NCBI GenBank assembly: GCA_963663805.2
Contig: CAXXMR010000012.1
Location: 128,001 to 192,000 of the forward strand
DNA: 64,000 nt
Direction of reading: 5' to 3'
From: Sedimentisphaerales bacterium
GTDB taxonomy: Bacteria; Planctomycetota; Phycisphaerae; Sedimentisphaerales; SM23-30
Part shown: positions 9,590-17,882 of the stretch, one piece after another
Numbering within the stretch: position 1 is the stretch's first letter
How the letters are laid out: each line of letters begins with the position of its first letter
Made by a program: the position numbers and the translations under genes
The notes under the pieces: generated by a model
The model's database searches: none
The model's input: the letters and a program-made list of their open reading frames with translations, nothing else
What the model was told of the DNA's origin: nothing

Positions 9590-12001
9590 TTACGGTGTTA
9601 TCCTATTGAATCTTCTGGAGCCGAGAGTCAGGTTTTGCAGCGACTTGGGCCAAATGCTGAATGAAAATGATGCACTGTCCCGGTTGGCGTCGTAGCTAAA
9701 GCTGAATGCCCCGTACCATTGGGGAAAAGAGCGAATAATGACTGCCTGAGTATATGCAGCGGAACCACGCTCAAGATCAAACTCGTGAGCGGCACCAACG
9801 GTATATTTGGTATTGACGCGATAGCTTCCGCCCGCAGTGAGAAAATTACTGTCAGCCTGGTCGTAAGGGTCGCCGTTATTGAGAAAGCGGCTGCCGAAAT
9901 AGTAACTCAAACGAGGGCTGCGCTGCACCGCAATCGCCAAATCTGACTGACTGAACACTCCATCATGAATATTGGTGTTATTAGAACCGATAAAAGCAGT
10001 GCTATCGGAAATAAGCCAGACCCACGACGCTTTTACGTGGTCGCTATAGGTCCGGTTGATTTCCTCACGGCGGGCCAGGTCAAAGTTTGAAAGATCGGTG
10101 TTCACCAGCGGACGCCTGTCGAGCTGCCATTCGGGGGTATTAAAATAAAAGTCGCTGGGCAAAGCCGCATTGTCAATATCGTGCTCGACCAGAGTAAGTG
10201 AGGAATCAAAGCGAAGAAAATCAACATTATGCTGTTTGTTTTGCGGGCCGCGTTTAGTCTGCCAGCGTTGGGAAATCGAAATATTATACAGGCCGTTCTG
10301 AGAAATGTCTTCGGAGTCACAATCAACCCAAAAGGCACTGAACTGGGGCACAACAATATGACGAACGCGGTCAATATCCCAGAAACGAGAGTAAAAATTA
10401 TCGTTGAGGTGCCAGAGCTGAGTCGATATTCTGCCGCCCAAAGCACCCTGAAATGTATGCGTGTGAGGCAAAACGTCATTGTAGGCGTAGGTGCCTATAA
10501 CGGTGGGCACAACACGCAGGTTTTCAATCTTCAGCGGCAGAGCCAGTTCATGTCGGCTGACACCGGCAGCATATTGACCTTCGTCCACATTTCCGTTGAG
10601 GATACTGGGCTGATACGAGCCGCTGGGGTCGGGCACATCACGGTCACCGTATGCCTCAGCCTGGCGAGAAATGTAGCCGTCATGGTAGTAAGTCAGTATC
10701 TCGAAAATATCCTGACCAGCCAGATGCAACCCCGCCCGCGGCAGTTCGGTCACGGTATAGTCGAAATCGTTAAGCTGCCATTTAGCGAGAAAATCGAAGG
10801 CCCAGTTGTCACGCTGCTGTTTGAGATAGACCAGGGTTTCCTGTTCCTTGCCCGTGTCGAACTCTTTTTCTGACCAGCTTTCGAGAAAGTCAGGGTCAGA
10901 CAGATAGCTGGTCTCGAAAGTCACCTGCCATGACTGGGGCAGATATTGACGATGCTGCCAGGTTGCCCGGCCCCGCCAGTCTTGCAGTGGTTTGACATCT
11001 TTACGGGAAGTTTGTTGGCCGAGCCGGTCCAGTCCGTTGTCGTGTACTGCATAGGTTTTCAAATTGCCGAAAAAATCGTCCGTTTTATAGTCAGCCTCAA
11101 AACCGCTCGCCGGGCCGCGTTTAGTGAATCCGTCGAGCCGGAGCGTGGTGTCTAATTCTTTTTCGAGTTTATTCAGGCCCAGCAGCCAGTTGCTGTCCCA
11201 CTCTGTTTCGACGCTGCTACCGAACGCGGAACTGCTGGAAAAATGAACGGATTTGATGGGCGTGGAGGCTTGGCCGATACCAACCTGGGCAGCGGCTTTG
11301 GGCCAGAAAAAAACAGGAATGCCTTCAAAGTTTAGCACGATATTTTTGATTTCGTAGTCGTAGACTGGCGATTTATCGGTTGCCTGACTGCCCGATTGGC
11401 CCTGAGGGGTGGCAAAAACGGTTGCCTCTTGGGCACCGATGTAGGTGTGGGGCTTATAAAATTCATCGGTGGTCAGCTTGACATCTTTCAGGGTGAAAGT
11501 ACTCATCGACTCAATTTTGATTTCACGGGCGCGGGCGCAAAGGGCAGGGTAATCAGAGTCAAACTGCATTTTCAACCGGGCATCTATTACCAGGGCGCTA
11601 TTGCTCTGGAAATCGAAATACATACGTTCGGCAGTAAATTTATTCTCGCTGCGCGCGTCGCCGGCGGTTACCTGCATAATAACATCGTCTTCGAGGTAAA
11701 TACCCAATGCGTCGGGCTGCTCAGATGGATCCTGAAGATTCTTCTGGGCGTAAAAAACCACGGCCCGGCGAGCCCGGAACTCGATTAGTCGATTCTGGTC
11801 TTTCTGGTCCTGGAAGATATATATACCGTCGGTGCAGGTCAGCACATCTGTACCGTCTGGCTGGGGCTGAGAGATAAATTTGCCCTGGGGCACGACGTGT
11901 ATGGGATATTGGGCTATCTCTGGAGTCTCGACAGCAAGAGTCGGTAGAGCAATGAGAACCAACAGCATCAGAAAAAAACATGATTTGAGACGTTGGAGCA
12001 T
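9590..12001 (-). CDS. lptD: LPS-assembly outer-membrane beta-barrel protein (LptD-like)
   Basis: Signal peptide, 803 aa, GIPVFFWP, SYLSDPDFLE, ELP, RHIVVP motifs; beta-strand-rich C-terminus. Confidence 0.75.
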   Translation of the reverse strand: MLQRLKSCFFLMLLVLIALPTLAVETPEIAQYPIHVVPQGKFISQPQPDGTDVLTCTDGIYIFQDQKDQNRLIEFRARRAVVFYAQKNLQDPSEQPDALGIYLEDDVIMQVTAGDARSENKFTAERMYFDFQSNSALVIDARLKMQFDSDYPALCARAREIKIESMSTFTLKDVKLTTDEFYKPHTYIGAQEATVFATPQGQSGSQATDKSPVYDYEIKNIVLNFEGIPVFFWPKAAAQVGIGQASTPIKSVHFSSSSAFGSSVETEWDSNWLLGLNKLEKELDTTLRLDGFTKRGPASGFEADYKTDDFFGNLKTYAVHDNGLDRLGQQTSRKDVKPLQDWRGRATWQHRQYLPQSWQVTFETSYLSDPDFLESWSEKEFDTGKEQETLVYLKQQRDNWAFDFLAKWQLNDFDYTVTELPRAGLHLAGQDIFEILTYYHDGYISRQAEAYGDRDVPDPSGSYQPSILNGNVDEGQYAAGVSRHELALPLKIENLRVVPTVIGTYAYNDVLPHTHTFQGALGGRISTQLWHLNDNFYSRFWDIDRVRHIVVPQFSAFWVDCDSEDISQNGLYNISISQRWQTKRGPQNKQHNVDFLRFDSSLTLVEHDIDNAALPSDFYFNTPEWQLDRRPLVNTDLSNFDLARREEINRTYSDHVKASWVWLISDSTAFIGSNNTNIHDGVFSQSDLAIAVQRSPRLSYYFGSRFLNNGDPYDQADSNFLTAGGSYRVNTKYTVGAAHEFDLERGSAAYTQAVIIRSFPQWYGAFSFSYDANRDSASFSFSIWPKSLQNLTLGSRRFNRITP

Positions 12002-12124
12002 AAGTTTTTATTTCACAGGCTTATAGTAGTTGACTTTTGGGGAGTATTATAAGATGTGGGGAAATAAATGCCAGTAAAATAGCGAAAAAGGAACACGGTA
12101 ATATCCCCCATCCCCCCCACATCC

Positions 12125-12167
12125 CAACAGAAGCCGCCCCGCGTAAGCAGCCGGATTAGAACACCAA
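12125..12167 (+). repeat. REP-like repeat family A
   Basis: CAACAGAAGCCGCCCCGCGTAAGCAGCCGGATT; other copies at 15488(-), 51323(+), 55707(-). Confidence 0.8.
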
Positions 12168-12434
12168 CAACGCCCCCCAACAGAAACCCGATTCAACCTC
12201 CCAAAAACCCTCAAAAACCTTCCAAAAATGCCAAAAAACGTAAATTTTCGTCAAAAAACGCCAAAAAACGGGCCTTCTAGGCCCATTCGCGCTGAATTTT
12301 TGCCAAGTTTTGGCCCTCATTACCGCACTTCTGCCTACAAAAAATAAGCACTTACAACAATTTCCAAACTCCAATCTTAGCCCTTGCCGAACAACCATCC
12401 CCAAGATATAGTACCAAAAAGAAAGGATACAAAC

Positions 12435-13334
12435 ATGAGATTCACCAAAATGCACGGCCTGGGCAACGACTACGTTTACGTAAACTGCTTTGAACAAACA
12501 GTTAACGACCCACAAACCTTGGCCCTCCAAATCAGCGACCGACATTTCGGCATCGGCTCCGACGGCCTCATACTCGTCATGCCATCAGACATCGCCGACG
12601 CAAAAATGCGCATGTTCAACGCCGACGGCTCCGAATCTCAAATGTGCGGAAACGGAGTCCGATGCGTCGCTAAGTTAGTTTACGACAACAACTTAGCACA
12701 AACACGTCCCGTAGACCACCCCATCTGCCAACGGCTCCTGCAGGACGCCTGCCCAGATGCCGATTCACTTGCTCAACTCAATATTGAAACCGGCAATGGC
12801 GTCCTAACTATTGCACTGGCAATAACTTCAGGCCAGGCAACCCACGCCTGTGTCGATATGGGCAACCCCATCCTCGCCCCCCTCCAAATCCCCGTCAACA
12901 TTCCCGGACCCGACGCCGGCGCAATCCCAATAGCAGTAAATGGTTACAACTTCATCGGAACCTGCGTCTCCATGGGCAATCCACATGTAACTATTTACGT
13001 AGAAGACGTTTCCGTCATAGATCTGCCCACCCTCGGCCCCCTGATTGAAAAGCACGAGCTTTTCCCTCTCAGGGTAAATGTACATTTCGTACAAATCGTT
13101 GATGAAAATGAAGTTATAATGAGAACCTGGGAACGCGGCTCAGGAATCACCCTCGCTTGCGGCACCGGAGCCTCCGCCGTCTGCGTCGCCGGCGTACTAA
13201 CCGGAAATTCCCAACCCCAAATCCTCGCCCACCTGCCCGGTGGAAATCTACAACTACTGTGGGCACAAGAAGATAACCACGTTTATATGGTAGGCCCCGC
13301 CGCCAACGTCTTCACCGGAACATACCCCGCATAA
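12435..13334 (+). CDS. dapF: Diaminopimelate epimerase
   Basis: FTKMHGLGNDY, MCGNGVRC, SMGNPH, ERGSGITLACGTGA; AAGGA RBS before ATG 12435. Confidence 0.97.
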   Translation: MRFTKMHGLGNDYVYVNCFEQTVNDPQTLALQISDRHFGIGSDGLILVMPSDIADAKMRMFNADGSESQMCGNGVRCVAKLVYDNNLAQTRPVDHPICQRLLQDACPDADSLAQLNIETGNGVLTIALAITSGQATHACVDMGNPILAPLQIPVNIPGPDAGAIPIAVNGYNFIGTCVSMGNPHVTIYVEDVSVIDLPTLGPLIEKHELFPLRVNVHFVQIVDENEVIMRTWERGSGITLACGTGASAVCVAGVLTGNSQPQILAHLPGGNLQLLWAQEDNHVYMVGPAANVFTGTYPA

Positions 13335-13519
13335 GCGATAAAACAACCTCCGCCCAAGGCAAATATCGACCATTTCTTAAAAAAACCCGACCTTCCCCAA
13401 AAACATATCTTATACTCTAACAGATAGTTATCGTGATTTTCCCATGAAATTATGGGAACCGTCAAGGCCCCGGAGCCGCCTGAGCAGAATAAGTGTAAAT
13501 ACTTGTAAAAAGGTGGCTT

Positions 13520-14434
13520 ATGACTCTACACCAACGAGTAACCCTCTCCGTACTGGCCGTTATCGTGCCCGGCCTGATAATCCTGGCGATTCTACCCCAG
13601 GTATTTGAAAACTATAACCTCCAGTATTCATCCGTACTTACCGTCCTATATCTCGCCCTGCTGGTCCTGATTCTCCTCAAAATCACCCACAGCATGATAT
13701 CCAAACCACTAAACGCCCTGTTCGATTCCGTACACGCCCACGACCTTTGCCCCCAGGAACTTACCAGACGCTCCGACGAAATAGGCCGTATCGCCCGACT
13801 AATGAATAACTGCCTGAAACAAAGAGACTTACACCAAATGGCTGCCGAGCGAGCCAACTCCCGCGTCAGCACCGAATTATACCGTGTCGCCCGCAATCAC
13901 AAACTGCAAGTCATTAACCTGCAAAAGGATGCGACAACCGACGAACTCACCCGCCTGGCCAACCGGGCCCGACTCGAACAAGAAGGCCCACAACTCTTTG
14001 ACCAGGCCCGTAAACAAGATATTGATTTATCTGTCATGATGATAGATGTTGACAAATTCAAACAAATCAACGACTCACTCGGCCACGATGTCGGCGATAA
14101 AGTTATCGCCTTCATGGGTGAAATTCTCCGTGGTTGTACCCGCCCGGTCGATCTCTCCGCCCGATTTGGCGGGGACGAATTCGTAATAATACTCAAAGGA
14201 TGCAGCCTGAAAAGCTCTGCCGCTATCGCTGAACGTATGCGTAAACTCTTTGAGCGAGAGGTCTTACAAATAATTAACCCGACCGGTAAAAAACTCGACT
14301 TCCAGCCCGGCCTAAGTATCGGAATCGCCTCACTCAAACGCAGTAAGGTCAGCCAGTTCACAACCCTCTGCAAACTCGCCGACAAAGCCCTCTACCGCGC
14401 CAAGGAAGGCGGTCGAAACCGGGTCGCCATCTAA
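13520..14434 (+). CDS. Membrane-bound diguanylate cyclase (2 TM, HAMP, GGDEF)
   Basis: RSDEIGRIA (HAMP), DELTRLANR, DVDKFKQINDSLGH, RPVD I-site, RFGGDEF. Confidence 0.93.
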   Translation: MTLHQRVTLSVLAVIVPGLIILAILPQVFENYNLQYSSVLTVLYLALLVLILLKITHSMISKPLNALFDSVHAHDLCPQELTRRSDEIGRIARLMNNCLKQRDLHQMAAERANSRVSTELYRVARNHKLQVINLQKDATTDELTRLANRARLEQEGPQLFDQARKQDIDLSVMMIDVDKFKQINDSLGHDVGDKVIAFMGEILRGCTRPVDLSARFGGDEFVIILKGCSLKSSAAIAERMRKLFEREVLQIINPTGKKLDFQPGLSIGIASLKRSKVSQFTTLCKLADKALYRAKEGGRNRVAI

Positions 14435-14528
14435 ATCTAAATTGTGACTTTTGCACTGTCTCATTCTGTCATAGCCGCTATAATCTGAGTCTTGGATTAT
14501 TCGTTTTTATTTGCTCAGGAGAACGCCT

Positions 14529-15407
14529 ATGACAGCTAAACTCATTAAGGGCAAGGAAGTAGCCGCCCAGATTCGTGACGAAATCAAATTTTCCGTCGAT
14601 AAACTCAAAGCCGAAAAAGGCATCACCCCCGGCCTGGTGACCATCCTGGTAGGTGAAAACCCCGCCTCCCAAAGTTATGTCCGGGCCAAACAGAAAACCG
14701 CACATGAACTGGGCTACCATTCCATCCAGGAAAACATGCCCGCCGACATGTCCGAAAAAGACCTGCTCGTCCTGGTCGATAAGTATAATAAAGACAAAGA
14801 GATACACGGCATACTCGTCCAGCTGCCCCTACCCAAACACATCAACGAAACCAAAATTCTTTATGCCATCGACCCCGACAAGGACGTAGATGGATTTCAT
14901 CCGGTAAACGTTGGTCGCATGGTCATCGGTGAACCGGCGTATCTGCCTTGCACACCTTATGGCATTCAGCAACTACTCATCCGCTCCGGTGTCAAAACCG
15001 AAGGGGCCGAAGTTGTGGTTGTAGGCCGCAGTAATATTGTGGGCAAACCCATCGCCAACATGATGCTCCAGAAGGCCGAGGGGGCCAACTCAACCGTAAC
15101 CATCTGCCATACCCGCACTAAAGATATGGCTACCCATACCAAACGTGCCGATATTCTCATCGTCGCCGCTGGTGTTGTTAATGCCGTCACCGCTGACATG
15201 GTGAAACCGGGTGCGATTGTGATTGACGTTGGTGTGAATGAAATCGGCAGAACGGCAGAAGGCAAACGCAAACTGGTTGGTGATGTGGACTTTGCGCCGG
15301 TGGCGGAAATTGCCTCGATGATTACTCCAGTGCCGGGCGGTGTCGGGCCTATGACAATTACCATGCTGATGCTTAATACTTTGCAGGCTGCTCAGCGATT
15401 ATCGTAA
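14529..15407 (+). CDS. folD: Bifunctional methylene-THF dehydrogenase/cyclohydrolase
   Basis: ILVQLPLP, KDVDGFHP, PCTP, GRSNIVGKP, PVPGGVGPMT. Confidence 0.97.
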   Translation: MTAKLIKGKEVAAQIRDEIKFSVDKLKAEKGITPGLVTILVGENPASQSYVRAKQKTAHELGYHSIQENMPADMSEKDLLVLVDKYNKDKEIHGILVQLPLPKHINETKILYAIDPDKDVDGFHPVNVGRMVIGEPAYLPCTPYGIQQLLIRSGVKTEGAEVVVVGRSNIVGKPIANMMLQKAEGANSTVTICHTRTKDMATHTKRADILIVAAGVVNAVTADMVKPGAIVIDVGVNEIGRTAEGKRKLVGDVDFAPVAEIASMITPVPGGVGPMTITMLMLNTLQAAQRLS

Positions 15408-15487
15408 GTTTTTTGCGTTTAATAAGTTAAAGAAACATCGTTTTTTGGGCTTATGACTTTGGGTGCCAACAGGATATATGATATTCC

Positions 15488-15520
15488 AATCCGGCCGCTT
15501 ACGCGGCTCGGCTTCTGTTG
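15488..15520 (-). repeat. REP-like repeat family A
   Basis: Reverse complement CAACAGAAGCCGAGCCGCGTAAGCGGCCGGATT; lies between convergent genes. Confidence 0.8.
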
Positions 15521-15529
15521 GTGGTATGA

Positions 15530-17209
15530 TTAATTTTGGTTGTTGGCAATCATTTCCTGTACGGCCTGATAGATGAGGTATCCGCCGGTCAGGTTTCGGC
15601 AATCGAAACCATTCTGGCACAAGATTCGGCAGGCCAGGTAGCCGCGTTGGCCTACCCGGCAGAAGACCAACAGTTCTTTGTCGCGCGGTATTTCATCCAG
15701 TCGGTCGCGTATTTCATCCAGGGGAATATTAACCGCACCGGGAATTGTACCATCTTCTGTAAATTCTTTGGGCGTTCTGACATCCAGTAAGAACTGATTG
15801 TCCTTTGGATTCATCAGTTCCTCACTATGACAGAGTTTAGCGGCTTTATCCATTACATTAGCAGCGACGAAGCCAGCGAAATTCACCGGGTCCTTGGCGG
15901 AGCCAAACGGCGGAGCGTAGCATAATTCAAGTTCGCATAAATCATAAACCGTCATGCCGGCACGAATAGCTGTGGCAAAGACATCTATTCGTTTGTCAGC
16001 TCCGTCAGGACCAACGGCCTGGGCACCAAGTACCTTACCGTTATTAGGGTCGTAAAGCATTTTCACAGCGAGCGTCTCGCCGCCGGGATAATATGAGGCA
16101 TGGCTGGGGGGATAAATATATATTTTTTCATAAGGCATATTTAAGCGTTTGAGAGTTTTTTCGTTAGCGCCGGTGCAAGCAGCGGCCAACTCGAACACTT
16201 TACAAATCGCGGTCCCCTGAGTTTTTTTGTAAGTACTATTGATACCAAAAATGACATCTGCGGCGATACGGCCCTGTCGATTGGCGGGACCAGCCAGAGG
16301 AACCAGGGCGTTTTTTCCGGTGACATAATCAGTTACTTCTATAGCGTCACCCACCGCGTAAACGGACTCGTCAGAAGTTTTCATATGGTCATCAGTCGCA
16401 ATTCCACCCAGCGGGCCGGTTGAAATTTCGGCATCTTTGGCCAGGGTTGCTTCCGGTTTGACACCGATAGCAAGAATGGCTAAATCACAATCCAGACTGC
16501 TGTCGCTGGACAGTTCGACTTTGATCTGACCATCTGAATCGCTAAATGACTTAACGGAAGTATTGAGCAGCAACTCAACGCCATGCTTACGCAGGCACTG
16601 ATTAACCGGAGCGGTCATTTCCGGGTCGAGAGGCGTCATCACCTGGCCGGCCAACTCGACCAGTGAAACTTTAACTCCTCTATGTATCAATGCCTCGGCT
16701 GTTTCCAGGCCGATATATCCACCGCCGACAACCACCGCGTTTTGAGGTTTTTGGGCATCGACGATATGCTTAATACGGTCCATATCGGGGATATTCCGCA
16801 GCGTAAAAACACGCGGATTATCAAAGCCGGGCAGGGGCGGCCTGACGGGTTCAGCGCCGGGGCTGAGAATGAGATAATCGTAAGGTTCGGTGTATTGCTC
16901 ATTACTTGCGAGGTTCTTGACCGCAACTTCTTTTTTATCTCGGTCAATGGCAGTAACTTCAGAATTAATACGGACATCGATATTAAATCGAGTACTCAAT
17001 GATTCGGGGGTCTGGACCAGAAGTTTGCTGCGTTTGGTGATTTCACCTCCGATATGATAAGGCAGTCCGCAATTGGCAAAAGAAACAAATTCGCCACGTT
17101 CGAACAATATTATTTCAGCTTCTTCACTCAGTCTGCGGGCTCGACAAGCGGCAGAGGCGCCACCGGCAACACCACCCACAATCAGAATACGTTTCTTTCC
17201 CTGTGGCAT
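15530..17209 (-). CDS. CoA-disulfide (persulfide) reductase with C-terminal rhodanese domain
   Basis: GGVAGGASAA, SFANCGLPY active-site Cys, GGGYIG, YAPPF, rhodanese DVR...FCRVGQRG...NLTGG; likely start MPQGKK. Confidence 0.92.
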   Translation of the reverse strand: MPQGKKRILIVGGVAGGASAACRARRLSEEAEIILFERGEFVSFANCGLPYHIGGEITKRSKLLVQTPESLSTRFNIDVRINSEVTAIDRDKKEVAVKNLASNEQYTEPYDYLILSPGAEPVRPPLPGFDNPRVFTLRNIPDMDRIKHIVDAQKPQNAVVVGGGYIGLETAEALIHRGVKVSLVELAGQVMTPLDPEMTAPVNQCLRKHGVELLLNTSVKSFSDSDGQIKVELSSDSSLDCDLAILAIGVKPEATLAKDAEISTGPLGGIATDDHMKTSDESVYAVGDAIEVTDYVTGKNALVPLAGPANRQGRIAADVIFGINSTYKKTQGTAICKVFELAAACTGANEKTLKRLNMPYEKIYIYPPSHASYYPGGETLAVKMLYDPNNGKVLGAQAVGPDGADKRIDVFATAIRAGMTVYDLCELELCYAPPFGSAKDPVNFAGFVAANVMDKAAKLCHSEELMNPKDNQFLLDVRTPKEFTEDGTIPGAVNIPLDEIRDRLDEIPRDKELLVFCRVGQRGYLACRILCQNGFDCRNLTGGYLIYQAVQEMIANNQN

Positions 17210-17223
17210 TTGTTTTCCTTTTC

Positions 17224-17523
17224 TCAACAATGTTTCTGGATACATTTAATTAGTTCGGGCAGATTCGGAGATTCGATTTTGTAATAAACCTTTCGTCCGT
17301 CGCGTACACTCGACAACAAACCATGCCCCTTGAGCAGCCGAAGATGTTCGCAGGTCTGGCTGGGTGAGGTATCACAAAGTTCGGCAATTTCATTTACCGT
17401 AAAATCCCCCTGCATAAGAATATTAACAATTTTCAGCCGGACAGGATGGGCCATGACTTTGAGGCATTCGGCGGCGGTTTGAAAAACGTTATCGGGCAGT
17501 AATCCTGGTTGTTTGCTTTTCAT
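17224..17523 (-). CDS. ArsR/SmtB-family repressor (BigR/SqrR-like, two-Cys type)
   Basis: LKVMAHPVRLKI, HLRLLK...RDGRKVYY; Cys in AAECLK and IKCIQKHC. Confidence 0.9.
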   Translation of the reverse strand: MKSKQPGLLPDNVFQTAAECLKVMAHPVRLKIVNILMQGDFTVNEIAELCDTSPSQTCEHLRLLKGHGLLSSVRDGRKVYYKIESPNLPELIKCIQKHC

Positions 17524-17531
17524 AAGGCATA

Positions 17532-17558
17532 ACATATCGAAACATTTCGATATGTCAA
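17532..17558 (-). promoter_or_regulatory. ArsR operator overlapping a sigma70 promoter
   Basis: Perfect inverted repeat ACATATCGAAA-CA-TTTCGATATGT (17532-17555) overlapping the minus-strand TTGACA (17558-17553). Confidence 0.8.
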
Positions 17559-17600
17559 GACGTTTTACGGAAAAAATATGCCGATAGCCAGCTGGGCTGG

Positions 17601-17794
17601 AAATTCTAAATCCGAAATGCTAATTTCTAAATAATATCGAAAGCATAAAATCTTAAATTTCAAACAACGGCGCGGTGCCTGCCTTCGGCAGGGATTGTTT
17701 TATTTTTTGTATGTGTTCACAGTGGTTTCTTTCGCCCCTTCGGGGCTTGTGGTTGTTTTGGTCAATTACTCCGGGGGCTTGCGCCGCCCGGCTA
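17601..17794. repeat. Mosaic of short repeats: AAAT(T/C)C(T/G)-type heptamers, CCTGCC-TTC-GGCAGG hairpin, REP-like GCCCC-TTC-GGGGC...CCGGGGGCTTGCGCCGCCCGG
   Basis: Tandem 7-mers at 17601-17665; hairpins at 17678-17692, 17734-17746 and 17771-17791. Confidence 0.6.
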
Positions 17795-17818
17795 GCATGG
17801 ACAGATAATCCGCCTGAC

Positions 17819-17853
17819 AAAAAAAGACCCACTCTTGAGGAGAGTAGGTCTTT
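17819..17853 (-). terminator. Rho-independent terminator of the pilM operon
   Basis: AAAGACCCACTCT...AGAGTAGGTCTTT stem with an A-tract on the left (U-tail on the minus strand). Confidence 0.7.
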
Positions 17854-17882
17854 GGTGTTACGGGCTAAAATTGTACCAGGTT

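Noticed and set aside
12156..12545. 129-aa minus-strand ORF
   Set aside because: It overlaps dapF and a low-complexity intergenic element and has no protein-like features.
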